From assembly GCF_009914755.1 (NCBI RefSeq), contig NC_060928.1: DNA of 64,000 nt; one strand, 5' to 3'. The position numbers and the translations under genes are program-made. Within the stretch, counting starts at the first letter, position 1; every line of letters begins with the position of its first letter. The notes beneath the pieces were generated by a model that ran no database searches, was not told where the DNA came from, and saw only the letters and a list, made by a program, of their open reading frames with translations. This document shows positions 1 through 12,274 of the stretch, in pieces. Source of the DNA: the human T2T-CHM13v2.0 reference genome, Homo sapiens.

Positions 1-1081
1 CAGTGGGACTCCCGGGTGGAAGAGCCCTGGAGGCAGCTGGAGCTGGCAGAATTCAGGAGGGAGGTGAAGTCTGGAGAGAAGGTGAGTTGGCCCCAGGTGA
101 GCAGGAAGAGTGGGAGGAGCAGGGAGAGCAGGTGGAGGAAGGGAGAGTGAGGAGGAGCAGCCGGGGAGTGGGGGACCAGGACAAGGTGGTGCTTTGGGAA
201 AGGGAGGGAGGAGAGCGTTTCCCAGCAGAAGTAGGAACTGACAGCGTGAACTGCCACAGAGGGCTCCCCTGAGATGAGGGCTCCCCTCCCCAGGACACGG
301 AACAGGGTGGGCCAGGCCAGGAGCCAGGTTTGAAGTTGGCAGTGTTGTCACATGAAAAGGGAGTGGCCAGGGGATGGGGATGCCCCGTAAACAAGAGAGC
401 AGACCTGGGCTGCCCGTGGGGACCCTGAGCCAAGGCTACCCGGACAAGGACCCGAGCATAGCCGGCAACATCACAGAGCACTTGCCAACAGCTCCTATGG
501 ATGCCGGTCCTCCAGGGCCCCTCCTGGCCCGGGAATCTGCCCTCTGAGCTGCAGGAACAGCCCCAGGACCCTGGAAGGGAGAGGGCAGTGGAGGCGGGTC
601 ACACCTGGTCAGGTTTCAAGGGCCAACTGCAAAAGGGCCCTGAGGCTGGGTGGAGGAGCCACAGCCCAGGAAGGCTGCAGGCAGGAAAGGGGTGAGAAGC
701 CCCTTCCTGAGAGTGGCATTGGCCTCTGGTTGTGAAGTGGTCCAGGGCCAAGGGAAGTTTTTCCCTGGGTGGGGGCAGCACAGGCATCTGTGGTCCCATG
801 GCTCCCCCCGGCCTTTCACCTGCCTCCGTGGGACACCGGGAAGGTGATTTGCTCCTGCCTGGCTGTGGTTTCTCTTCTCCAAAAATTGGTGAAGGCAAAT
901 AACATCCACTTAGTCTGCCTCGTGAGATGCCAAATGCAGGAGTCTCCACCTCTGCTAAGGGCTGTGCTCACGTGTGAAGAGTTGCTGCCGCCTGTGTGCA
1001 AAGAGTACAAGAGTTACGGAGACATCAAGGACGGCCACTCCCAGAGGAAGGAGGGTGCATGTGTTCAGCTTTCTTCCCCTC

Positions 1082-1250
1082 CACACACCACACACCACGT
1101 GTACAGGCATGTGTGTATGCACATAGCACAGACCATGCACACATTCACTTATACACTCATACGCACAGGTACACACATACATTTGCACACAGACCTATAC
1201 CTGTGCACATGCACACATTGACACATACATACACCCGCACCTGCACACTC
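1082..1250. repeat. CA-rich low-complexity simple repeat
   Basis: Degenerate CACA/TACA/TGCA runs (ccacacaccacacaccacgt...acacatacatacacccgcacctgcacac). Confidence 0.85.
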
Positions 1251-2299
1251 AGGAAAGTCTCCTTTCTTTGCAGACACCCTGGCCCTGTCGCTGGTCCCTG
1301 GCAGCCCGGGCCTCTTACCCAGTCCTCTTCTCCACTCTTAATGCAAACACTTTCAAAATGAAGGAAAGGAGATATTTTTTTCTAAACACTTAAAATCCAA
1401 TTTTAAAAAATCAATGGTCCACTTAATCAGCTGCAGCCCTGGGGCGGGCAGGGCAGGCGGGGGAGCACTTGTGTTTCGTCCTGTGCATCTCAGGCTCTGT
1501 GGCTTCCTCCTAAGGCAGAACCACAAGCTTGGGTTCCTCCTGACACTGCCCTCCAATGGAGGTAGCAGGGGTTAACTGGCCTCCCCGAAGTCACAGGCCT
1601 TCTCCCTATTCCCTCTTATCGGGTGGATGACTCCAACATCCCCAGATCTGCTTCCCCAGGGAGCCCAGGTCAAGTACCTCCTCCACCAGGAAGTCCTCTT
1701 GGACTGTTCCAGGCAAGTCCCCTCCCTTGCACTCCTGGCCAAGTGCTCCTTCCTGTCCCAGGATGACCACACATCCCCATGCTCTCAGGGCAGGACTGGT
1801 GGCCTGCAGCTGCCCCAGCCTATGTGTTAACAGCGTCCCCATTAGGATGACAGATCCAATGGACACTCTGCTTCCCCACACTGCCACTTCCTCCTTCACT
1901 CTCCCAGGATGTGGTCACCATCGGTGCTGGGCCAGGCTCTGTGCTGGTCTCTGGGCCATGGGGAGGAACAAGACAGTTGTAGGAGACACTCAGGTCTGTG
2001 GACGATGGCTCTCACTGGCTGGAGCATCTGCAGCAGCCGCAGGTCCTGGGCCTGGAGTGGGAGGCTTTGCAGGAGGCCACCAGGAGGGACCCCGGTCTGC
2101 CCTTCCATGAGGCCTGCCCACCCCTCAGCCCATGCACCTCCCTGGCCCAGAAGCTCGCTCCCCAACCAGCCCCATGTCCTTGGCATTGAGCAGGAGTTTG
2201 GCTCTGCCCCTTCCCAGCTGTGGGGCTTTCAGCAAGTCACTGTCACCTCTCTGGGCCTCAGCCTCTCCAGCTGGAAAGTGGAACGGATAGCAGTGTCCT

Positions 2300-3174
2300 C
2301 TTTGAAGTACACAAGTCAATGGCTTTAGTATACAGCAGTCCCCCTTACCCACAGTTTTGCTTTCTGAGGTTTCACTTACCCGTGGTCAACCTTAGTCCTA
2401 AAATATTAAATGGAAAATTCCCAAAATAAACAATTCACGTGTCTTAAGTTGCATGCCATTCCGTGCCATGTGATGAAACCCCATTCTGTTCTGCCCAGGA
2501 CATCCTCCCTTTGTCCAGCATCTCCATGCTGTACATGCTACTTTGCCCAGCCATCATCTAGTAGCCACCTCAGTTACCAGATTGAAATCACAGTGTACGT
2601 AGGCTTCAGTGCCATTCAAAGCTTCCACTGGGGGTCTTGGAATGCATCCCCCATGAATAAGGATAACACCACTATATTCACAAATACCCGCCACCATCAC
2701 TGCAGTCCATTTTAGAACATTTTCATCACCTCGAAAGGAACCCCCCACCCCTGAGCTATCACCTCCCCACCCTCCCCTGCCCCAGTCTGAAGCAACCGCT
2801 CATCTACTTTCTGTCCTGCAGACCCCCTGTTCTGTTCCTATCATATACATGGACCCATATAGCATGTGGTCTTTTGTGACGGCCCCTTTCCCTTTCCATG
2901 ATGTCGTGAGCTGCGCCCGTGCTGGAGCAGGCATCAGTGCTGCCCTCCTCTTGGGGTCAAATAGTCTTCCTGTCTGCACAGACAACAATTTATGTATCCA
3001 TTCACTGGATGATGGACATTTGGGACATTTCACTTCTTGGCTATTATGGATGTTGTTATGAACATTCAAGTACAAGTTTTGGTATGGAAGTTGTTTTAAC
3101 TTTGCTTGGGTGCATGCTCAGAGCGGAATTGCTGGGTCATAGGGCAACTTTATGCTTTCCTAAGTGGCAGCACC
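2300..3174 (-). mobile_element. Old L1 (L1MB-like) 3' fragment, interrupted by MER44
   Basis: Antisense L1MB 3'-end motifs: tttgaagtacacaagtcaatggctttagta|ttcacaaa...tttagaacattttcatcacc, tatccattcactggatgatggacatttgg, ggaattgctgggtcatagg. Confidence 0.75.
2333..2674 (+). mobile_element. MER44A-like (Tigger7-derived TcMar) DNA transposon
   Basis: TIR cagcagtccccccttaccc...ccccatgaataaggataacaccacta, flanked by TA on both sides (2331-2332, 2675-2676); internal aaaatattaaatggaaaattccc and ccactgggggtcttggaatgcatccccc match MER44; about 340 bp. Confidence 0.85.
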
Positions 3175-3225
3175 TGTTCTCTTGTACAAAAACAAAAGTT
3201 TTGCAAGTAAGAAAGCAGTGCTCTT

Positions 3226-3351
3226 AGGAGAATCGCTTGAACCTAGGAGGCAGAGGATGCAGTGAGCTGAGATCACATGCCATGGCACTCTAGCCTGGGC
3301 AACAGGAACAAAACTCCATCTCAAAAAAAGAAAAAAGAAAGAGAAAAGGAA
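3226..3351 (+). mobile_element. 5'-truncated Alu (end of right arm plus A-rich tail)
   Basis: aggagaatcgcttgaacctaggaggcagagg...aaactccatctcaaaa; 15-bp TSD AAGAAAGCAGTGCTC at 3209-3223 and 3352-3366. Confidence 0.93.
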
Positions 3352-3559
3352 AAGAAAGCAGTGCTCGAGGACCTTGGCCGTGTACACAGCGGGTAGGAGA
3401 GGTTGGCAATTTGTTCCAGTCCTTCCTGCTTCTCCTGCTCCTGGGTCCCCACCACTGCCCTGGCCTCTGTGAGGCACTTGCCACGGAGCAGGACCAGCTG
3501 CTCCCCACCCCACCTCTCCACTCTCAGGCCCGACTGCCTTCAAGGTACCTCCATCCCAT

Positions 3560-3675
3560 GGCTGGAAGGGCCTTAGAGATGCACTGGACACTGCTCTGGG
3601 GACCCAGGGAGATGAAGTGGCTTGTCCAGGGCCATGCAGCAAGTTAGTGACAGGCCCGGGACACGGAGCCACATC
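3560..3675 (-). mobile_element. MIR SINE remnant
   Basis: cccagggagatgaagtggcttgtccagggccatgcagcaagttagtgacagg resembles the antisense MIR core. Confidence 0.5.
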
Positions 3676-5769
3676 CCTGTGCGTGTCTGGATCCTTCCCG
3701 GGTCCATCTGTCCACACTGGCCTCTCTGCACCCCACAGACTGGCTCCTCCTCAGACAGCCTCTGCTCCAGAGGGTGGAGATGGCGTTTCCTGCCCCTGTC
3801 TCCCCTTTGGGGCCAGTTTGGAGTCAGGCCCCTGGATATTCCATACTTGCTGGTCTTCTGGAAGCAGAAACAAGCCTGCAGGGACCCTTCTGTCTCTTCC
3901 AGCCTGAAAGCATTGCTGGGTGCGAGAAGGGCACCCACATTGGTCTCCTCAGACTAGTGCCTGGGGAGCATCTCAGACGCCTCTTCTTAGATGCCCCGAC
4001 TGGCCATGTACCAGGCAGCGCTCAGGGACAGCGTGTGCGGGATCGGGGTGAGGGAGAGGCTGGGCTGAGGCGCATGTCGGGGGGCAGGATGGTGGAAAGA
4101 CCAGGAGGCAGAGGAGGGCAGGGGAGCGCGGCCTTGGCTGCAGGCCTGCTGAGGCGGATGGGGGATCAGTGGCCCTGGACTCAGTTTCCACTCTGGTCAG
4201 GAGGGTTGTGGCCATTGGTTAATCCTCCTCTGTCACTCTCCACATTCCCCCTTCTTCCGGTGCCCCTGCCTGTCCCTCCTGGCTCAGGGCTACTGCCCTG
4301 CTCTGAGGACGCAGATCTGACCGCCACCCTCCAGCCCCACCAGCAGCTCCCCTGCCAGGGGGGACTGGAAACGCCATTCACACCCCATGTGGGTCCCCGG
4401 TTCTCAGACACGTGGAAAGAGGCTGAGGTGGCCTGCATGCCTGCCCCCTGGGGTCCTTGCACCCAGCCTGCATCCCCACCCCGTGCTCCATAGGGGTCTG
4501 GTTTCAAGGCGGATCCAAGCTCACCTCAGGGCCTTGGCACATGCTCTGGGCTGCCCATAGCATACTCCCACACTGGTGTCTGGCTCCCCCTGAACCCACT
4601 TCCCCTTGGCAGGCTTTGTGACCCCCAGCCCTGGATCAGAGCCCAGGAATATTCATTTCTCAGCCGCCCCCTTCTAGATCAGGCCCAGCAGGGCCCCTTC
4701 CTGCTGACCCCCAGTGAGGGCACCTTTTCATCCGTGAGGCCAGAGGTGGGTCTGCCCTAGCACCAGGATCCCTGGGGCCTGGCACAGAGTCCAGGCAGAG
4801 TGTCTAGCACAGAGTGGGCACTCAGAAGAGGGCTGCTGGATGAATAGACGGAGAAAGAAGAGGAGGGAAGAGTGTCAGAGGTGCAGATGGCTTGGAAATT
4901 CATTGAGCTGCCCAAAGGGGAGGTCTCCCTCCAGGCAGTTGTGCGGCAAGATAAAGGCAGCAAAGCTCTGGCCTGAGGAGCCCCCAGCCCAGCAGAGGAT
5001 TCTATGACTCAGGAGGCCCCAACACAGCCTGGGACCAGGGCACTGACCCTCGAAGAACCAGCAGATGTCTCTCAGGCAAGGAAGGTCCAGGCACGGGGAA
5101 CAGCAGGTACGAAGGCCCGGCACCACTGTGTGTGGGCATCAGTGCAGACCAGCCGGCACGAGCTGAGTGGGTCCCCCTCACGCAGGGATGGCCTCACGCG
5201 GGCAGCTGAGCCTCGGCCCTGAGGAGAGGGTTTACACCAGACAGTGGCAAGCGATACATGTCCAGGGTTCTCGTGTCCCCGGGTGTAGCTTCACCAGTGT
5301 GCTGCTGCCCAGAAATGGAAGGGAGGGCCGGCCAAAGGCAGGGCAGGGGGCTGCAAAGGGCGCCACTTCAGGGGTCTGTGAACCTGCCAGAGAGGTTTTT
5401 AGGCTGGGTGCGCGCTCTGTCATCGTAAGGGGTGGGGTCAGTTTCCATCAGATTCTCAGAGGCATCCTGACCCAGGGAAGGCACAGGCGTCACCCACTGC
5501 CAGGCAGCCAACCCCTCGCTGAGCAGCAGCGACCCACAGACCTGCCGCTGGGACCCCGTCTCCCTCCCTCCTCACTGTTTGAAGCTGCCGGGCCTAAGCC
5601 CCTCTTTGGCTTTTCTCCATCCTGAGTCTGGTTGGCATTCCCAGCCTTCCCACCCTGAGAACCCTCACAGCTGAACTTTGCTAGAGCTGAACTCAAAGTC
5701 ACTTCAAGGTAGTTTTGATTTTTTTTTTTATTAAAAAAAAAAAGGAAAAAACCAAGGGTGGGTTATTGG

Positions 5770-6580
5770 GGGGAAGAACCCGAGCGGGCACTTTGCAATT
5801 ATCCTTTGAAATTAGAATATTCAGCAGATGTTTCTATTTTCACCCAGTCCTGCTCTCTTTCCAACCCAGCGAAATTAGTTCCAAAGTCATTATTCACCTA
5901 ATCACAGTAATAGTTTAACATCCGATCTGCCCTCTGTCCAGCCGGGGAGGAGAAGCGGCCAAAGCTCTATTTTGGCACTTCCTTCCCACTGATCCCTTAA
6001 TTAACTGGCATCTGTTCTAATACAAGTTAAATATTGCAGTTGACTTTATTTTCTTTCTCCCGGTCCTCCAGGTCCCGGGACAGGGTAGATAAAGTGAAAC
6101 ACATTTGCTTCCCCGGGCGGGAGGAAGGGACATGGAGCTGCCTCTCTGGAAATGCGGCCCATCAATCATAAACTGATTACAAATTCGTCACCTTGAATCA
6201 ATTTCTGTTCACAAGTTCAAAAGGCACCCTGAGCTCGGGGCTATCTGGAACATTCTACATGTGGAGAGGATTAACATTTGGTCGAATGCCTCCTTCTGAG
6301 AAGGAGCCCAGTTCGGCGCTCGGGAGGGGGAGGCAGGTTCGAGACACGGATCGCATTAACCCCACAAAGCCGGCGTTCACTGCGGCTCCTACCCAGCCAC
6401 CCCCTCCCTGGTGGGGGCATTGGCGCTGCCGGGAGGGGTCCTGGCACCTCTTTGTGGACTTAACTGGGGGTGGGGAGGAGAGGAAGAGGCAGAAATTATC
6501 TTGTCCGATGGCGTCAAAGCACATTGCAGCATAAATTCTTCTATACGGAATTTTCCTTAAAATGATTATCCTGAAAGAGG
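5770..6580. promoter_or_regulatory. Candidate enhancer / conserved non-coding element
   Basis: Non-repetitive AT-richer island in GC-rich flanks with CCTTTGAA (5803-5810), TTAATTAA (5997-6004), CCATCAATCA (6159-6168) and GGATTA (6268-6273). Confidence 0.5.
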
Positions 6581-6586
6581 CAACTC

Positions 6587-6660
6587 GTGTGAGTGTGTGT
6601 GTGTGTGTGTGTGTGAGACAGAGAGAGACAGGGAGAGAGAGAGAACGAGAAAGAGGGAGA
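6587..6660. repeat. Compound (TG)n-(GA)n microsatellite
   Basis: gtgtgagtgtgtgt...gtgtgagacagagagagacagggagagagagag seen directly. Confidence 0.95.
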
Positions 6661-7319
6661 AAGCGTTGCCACATGAGCATTAGGGAAGGGCCACTTCCCT
6701 GCCGACTTCCAAGTTTGCCCCCGAGTCCCTAAGAGATGCCCTCAGACTTCCTGCCCCCACTCCAGAACCTCAAGAGGAGGCATGTTTTGGGGGAACGTCT
6801 TGAGGTTTGGTCAGAGAAGTTCGCTTGTGAAGCAGCCGGGCCTCTGGACCGCCTCCCTCGACTTTGAGGGGATGGGGTGGAGATGAAGTGAGGTGGCGAG
6901 GGAGGGGGAGACACCCCACTTTAGCAGCCCCCCTCTTGACTTCAGGTCAGACACGGCTTTAAAGAACATCACCACACTCTTCTTAGAAACAAAAGTCCCC
7001 TCCCTCCTCCCTCTCTCCTCACCCAAGTGGGGTCCCAGGCATGGGGAGCACCCAGCACCTGCCCCTTCTGCGCATGGGGGTCCAGTGACTCTGGCAGCTC
7101 CATTCAGGTCTGGGGAGGGAAAACAGGAGGAGCTGGGTGCAGACGCCCTTCAGAGGTGGGGGCCAGGTGCAGCCCCCCAGCTCTCCCACCCCCTGCAGGT
7201 GTGGCCTGGGCAGCTCTGACATGCTCTCAGCTTCTGGAGGCAAGAAGTCTCTCCTGGGAGGTGGCTGAGCACTTAGAGACACCCCTGCAAAGTGCCCGCG
7301 GCACGGTGGTCATTGCCCA

Positions 7320-7353
7320 GGGTTGGAGGTCAGAGGTCGGAGGTCAGAGGTCA
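7320..7353 (+). promoter_or_regulatory. Tandem DR1 nuclear-receptor half-site array
   Basis: AGGTCA-g-AGGTCG-g-AGGTCA-g-AGGTCA at 7327-7353, preceded in register by GGGTTG-g. Confidence 0.5.
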
Positions 7354-9329
7354 CTGCAGTGGACTCAGTGCAGCGCTGTGGCACCGCCCAGCAGCACAGC
7401 CCCAGGACACATGAGCGATCCCTCACAAACCTTCCAGGGGCACCCACTGCCCCGAGGGAGCCCGATGCTGGCCTGGGAGTGGCCAGGGAGAAGCCGCTGC
7501 CTCTGAGTTTTGGTTCATTTTCACCTCTGCTGGTGCATTTGTTCTGTCCTCTTTTGGATGAGCGTGAAGAAAAAGTTTCTGGAGTTAAATCCACGTCTGC
7601 AAAAACACTGAAATCTTGCACTGTCGTCCAGCCTGGGCTCTGCCACGCCCAGCTCCGTGGGGACCATGAGCAGGCCCCATGCTAGACCTGGGTTGGAGAA
7701 GCCCTGCTCTCACTCCGGGTCCTTATTGCTCAGACGTGAAAACTGAGGCCCAGGAAGGAGGGCTCTCAAGATCCCTCGGGCTCATTCCTTGAGCGAGGGA
7801 GACAAGAGCTGGCCCCTGACCTCCAGCCAAGCCCTTTTCCTCCTGTCCCCTGCCTGTGGCTGCTGAATTGACAGCAGGCTTCTTGCCTTCTGTATCCCAG
7901 ATCTCCTCGTCGGATGTAGGGATGTTCAACACAGCCAGTCTTGCCATTTAACTCCAAGCACAGCCAGGCAATTTCAGGAGCTAGAGCCCAGTGCTGGGGT
8001 CTTGGTCCCAGCTCAGGTGAAAGAGGAGAGGGCAGGATGAATGGACAGGTGGGGACCCCAGGAGGTGGGAAGGGGCTGTACAGAAAGGGAAGGTGGAAAG
8101 AGGTGGCCAGGGACTGGGAGGAGGCTTTCTTCCTCTGAGAGCGAGACAAGTGTGGGTGAACCCAGGTAGGGCGTCTGGACGGGAAGTGTTTTCTGGTTAA
8201 GACTTGCCTGCCAAATTTCCTCACCAGACATCTGCTCTGCTCATCCCCAGAACACACAGTGTCCAACAGACACAGGTGCTGGGAGAGGGTGTGCTGGGCC
8301 CACCATGGAAGCCCTGGCATGGGCCACACCAGAGAAGCCAAGTGGTCTAGACGTGATCCCCAAGTTGAGACTCAGCAGGCAGCTGGACTTAACTCAACAG
8401 GCAGGCATCTCCCGCCGGAAGGTGGGAACAAGGAAGGGCAGAGGAAACAGAAAAGCTGGGCCGAGGGAGAGCCTGCCCTCTTCCAGGAACTAAGAGAAGC
8501 TCACTGGTATGCAGAGGCTGCGGGACAGGTGTGTCATGGGGCGATCTTAGTGCCTTCACCGCGGCTGCAGTGGGTGAGCTCCAATCTCCACTGGGTGAGA
8601 AGCGCTACTGGATGTTCATGAGTTCCAGCCCTTTCTTCCTCCCGAGACACAGCCGTGGGGAACACACACTGCCTGCCCTCAGCAGCTCACAGTCTGGGTC
8701 GGGGAGTCAGACTTGAGCCCATGGGGCAGAATACTGGCCCTGGGGAGTTGAGATCAAGGGCTGTGTGTCCTCAGAGGAGGGGGGCTGGCATTACTCATGG
8801 CAGAGTCCAAGTGATACCATTGCTCTGGGTGCCAGGCAGGTTCTGGTGGGTGCAGAATTCATTTATCATGGAGGGACTCCTGAGAGGATGACAGGGCCAC
8901 TTTGGGGGTCCAGCAGTGCTGGTGACCAGAGAGGCAGGAGAGACAGTCATCTTTGTTCTGCAAATGAGCAGAGAGCTGGGAAGCCGAGAGCTGGCAGGGA
9001 GGGGGTATTCTGCTGGCCGTAGGGTCCCAGGAGAGGCACAGAGACTCCAGGAAGACAGCTCCAGTTACCACCCACAAGTGGGGATGCTGCAGACCCCAGA
9101 ACACAGCAGGGACTGGCCAGGCCCCCAGGAGGGGCCAGGTGCACTGAACTGCCCCGGACAGGCCTGGCGGAGGGAGACCTGATGAAGATGCCCAGGCTGC
9201 CTGCACACTTTTCTCATTCTCAGTGTTAGATTCCCTCTAGGTTGATTTGTTTTGTTTTCCCCATAATGCTCAAGTTCATTTCTTCACAAAATATCCCAAA
9301 CGCTGTCTCTGGAGGCAGCCAGACAAAGA

Positions 9330-9440
9330 CTTTGGCCCAGATATGATGATGCCTCAGCCTTCTCATCTGTGTAATGGGAATGAAACTCTCACACCAAATG
9401 ACCATCCTGAGAATTGTGTGGGGTAAATTCGGGTAAGATC
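9330..9440 (+). mobile_element. MIR remnant
   Basis: gcctcagccttctcatctgtgtaatgggaatga resembles the MIR core cctcagtttcctcatctgtaaaatgggga. Confidence 0.5.
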
Positions 9441-11887
9441 AGCCTGGCTCATCTCAAGTGAGCCCAAGTGTTCCAGGCCCCTGCGTCCCCGTCTGGGTGA
9501 AGCCTGTCTGTGGGGAAGTCCCCAGTGAGGTCTGGCAGAGGAGGGGACCCACTGGCCTTGGCTCATCCTCCAGCTGGGAGATGTGACCTCAGTCCCGGAG
9601 AGCACACGTGTGGCTGCCTGGCCAGCGCACAGCACCTGAACCATGATTCTCCCTACTCCACATAGCTGCTTTCCAACTCACAAAGCAACCTTCCCACCAA
9701 AGGAAAGAACCCCTCAGGCCCCCTCCCCGGCCCTCTGTTCATTTGTGGAGCCGAGACAGGTGACATTTTTCATGACCAATGATGGTTCAGACTTTCCCTG
9801 CCCTGGTGGCCACCGCCTGGGTCCTGCACCACAGGGGCCTCTGTGTCTCCCGTTTGGGTGTCAGGGTCAGAAGAGGCTGAGCAGCTCCTGTTTCTCCTGT
9901 GGATGTACTGCCTCGGCTGCTGGGGACCTCAGAGCCACATTTTCAGCTCTCCACTAGCAGGAGTGTGAGGCCAAACAGCTTACTGGGTGCTGTTTCTCCC
10001 GGTCCTGTTCTCCCATGGCCTCCACTCTTCCTCTAGCCTTTAGGTCACCTCTGTCTATTGTCATCTTTTGCTCCCTTGTTCTAAATGAACTAAGTATAGA
10101 GGCTTGTTGATAGATGGACACAGAGAGAGACAGAGAGAAGCAGCAGTGGCCAGCTGCCTGTGGCCCACAGACCCCGGTTAATTTCTTTACAAAACAACAG
10201 TAACAAAACATCTGTGTCCCTCCCCTTGTGCCTTGCAGAGGGGGAAGCCTGGGCCTGGAGTCCATGCAGGGCTGGGCCTGGGACCAGGCAGTGGAGATGC
10301 AGTGCAGACAAGACTTGGCCCCTCTAAGATCACGGCTGGCAGGAGACAGGGACAACGTGGCAGGACAGGTCCTGTCGGTGAAGGACGTGCGGCCAACTCG
10401 GGGCTGGCATCTGACAGACCTGGCATCACTTGATGCAGCCTGCCTGGGGCAGGGGCGCTGCCTTGGCTACTCCGTCTGGGCAGGGCAGAGGACGGGGGCT
10501 GGCAGGAGGGGGCCTGTGGGAGGAGTCTGTGGAGGCTGTGCCTGGAAAGCTGGGCCCAAAAGCTTGAACCAAAGCACCCTTGGGTGATGGGGACTCTGAT
10601 GGACATGACATTAAGCACTGTGAGGTCTTGTGCCTCAGTTTCCCCGTGTGCTCAGTGAGGGGCCTGGCCGTTCTTTCTTGGCGCCTCCTGCCTTCTGACC
10701 CCAGGACGCCTCCCCAGTGTCCTCCCCAGACGCTACATCAGATGACATCAGCCCCTGTCTGTCCATCTCCCACGCAGCCAGGTTGGTTCTAACTTAATCT
10801 GATTTGCTGTTTCACAAAAGCACAGATCCCGCCAGTGTCTGGTCCCTAGGGTGCGGCGCTGACTTGTGTATCAGGAGGGGCTAAGGAAGCGGCCTGAGCT
10901 CAGGCACTGGGGCCCCGGGTGCTGGGTAGAGACCAGGCTGGCCTGGGGCTCAGGGCCCACCCCAGGGTGGCCTGGGGAGAGAGGGAAGCTGGTTAGCAAT
11001 GTTGGGCTGGGGAGAGGTAGCCCAGGATCCCTGGTGGTCAGAGCTAGAAGGGGCCCCACAGGATTCTCTGTCCACATGAGCGGCTCCAGGGCACTTGCTG
11101 GAGGTCTGCAGTGCAGGGAGCTCTCCGCTCTCTGAGGCCCGCCCATCCCCAGACAATGCTGCTTGTTAAAATGTCCTCCAGGCAGAGCGAAAAGCTGCCT
11201 CCCCGTAGCTTCCCCTCAGCACCACGCAGGCAGTTCCTGGCCCCTGAGGTCCTCCTCTTTGGCCCCCCACCCCAGCCTCAGCTCCAGGTTCCCAGGCGCC
11301 TCTGAATGTGGCTCCCACACTGCATGGACGGGAGTTGGGTGCTGGATAAGCCAGGGGGTGCCCCCTCTGCAAAACTTCGGCCTGGCAGGAGGCTTCTTGT
11401 GACTTCTGAGGCTTGCCAACAATGTGCGGGGGTCGCCGGCTTTCTGCTGGATTTGCTTTGTAAAGAGGTCTTGGCTTGGGGTCAGCTGACCCCTGTTCCT
11501 GTCCAGCCTGCCACCAAGGACTCCGTGTGCCCTGGGGCAGCCACTTAACCCCTGGCCTGTGACGCTGCAGCTTAAAGGGTCTGAGGCCACCCACCTCGCA
11601 CTCTGCCTGAGGAGCACGCTCAGGAGAGGGAGTCTCAGCAGTTGTGCCAGATGTCACCCAGGTCCAAAGCTGTAGCTTTGCCTCCTCTACCCCGGCCCTC
11701 AGTCCCAGACGTGGGAAAGGAAGGGCCCTAATGGCAGTGGAGCCCCCCGAGGCTGCGGCAAGGGGCAGGAGGGTGGTGGGTTGTGGTGGGGGAAGCGTAT
11801 TTTAATTCTCAGCATCCCTCACTGCTTTCCTCTTCTAGAGACAAGAACAAGCCCAGAGTAAGTGATTTTCCCAGAAAGTTGGGGCAT

Positions 11888-12271
11888 GAGACATGTCCAA
11901 GTCCTAAACCCCCATGCCTGTGATTGGAACCTTATTTGGAAATAGGGACTTTGCAGATGTCATTAAGACGAGGTCATCCTGAAATAGGGTGGGTCCCATG
12001 TCCAATGACGGGTGTCCTGATGAGAGGAGGAAAATCTGGAAGCAGAGACCCAGGGAGAAGACCCTGCATTGAGAGAGGCAGAGACTGGAGGGAGGCCTAG
12101 GATGGCTGGAAACCGCCAGGAGCTAGAGAAGTGTGGGAGGAGTCCATCCAGGGCCCCAGAGGGAGCGGGGTCCCACCGCTTCTTGACTTTGGACTTGGAG
12201 CCTCCAGGATGCATTATTTGAAACCACCCAGTTTGGGTTGCTTTGTTTGGCAGCCCCAGGAAACGAATGCA
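11888..12271 (+). mobile_element. MLT1C-like MaLR solo LTR
   Basis: ccttatttggaaatagggactttgcagatgtcattaag...gggtcccatgtccaatgacgggtgtcc...tttgaaaccacccagtttg...ggcagccccaggaaacgaatgca. Confidence 0.85.
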
Positions 12272-12274
12272 GTC

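Noticed and set aside
3774-4493. 239-aa ORF
   Set aside because: Pro/Gly/Ala-rich composition typical of chance ORFs in GC-rich DNA, overlapping ORFs on both strands, and no recognisable motif.
11216-11237. REST/NRSF site (TCAGCACCACG...)
   Set aside because: Only the left half matches; the GGACAG right half is absent at canonical spacing.
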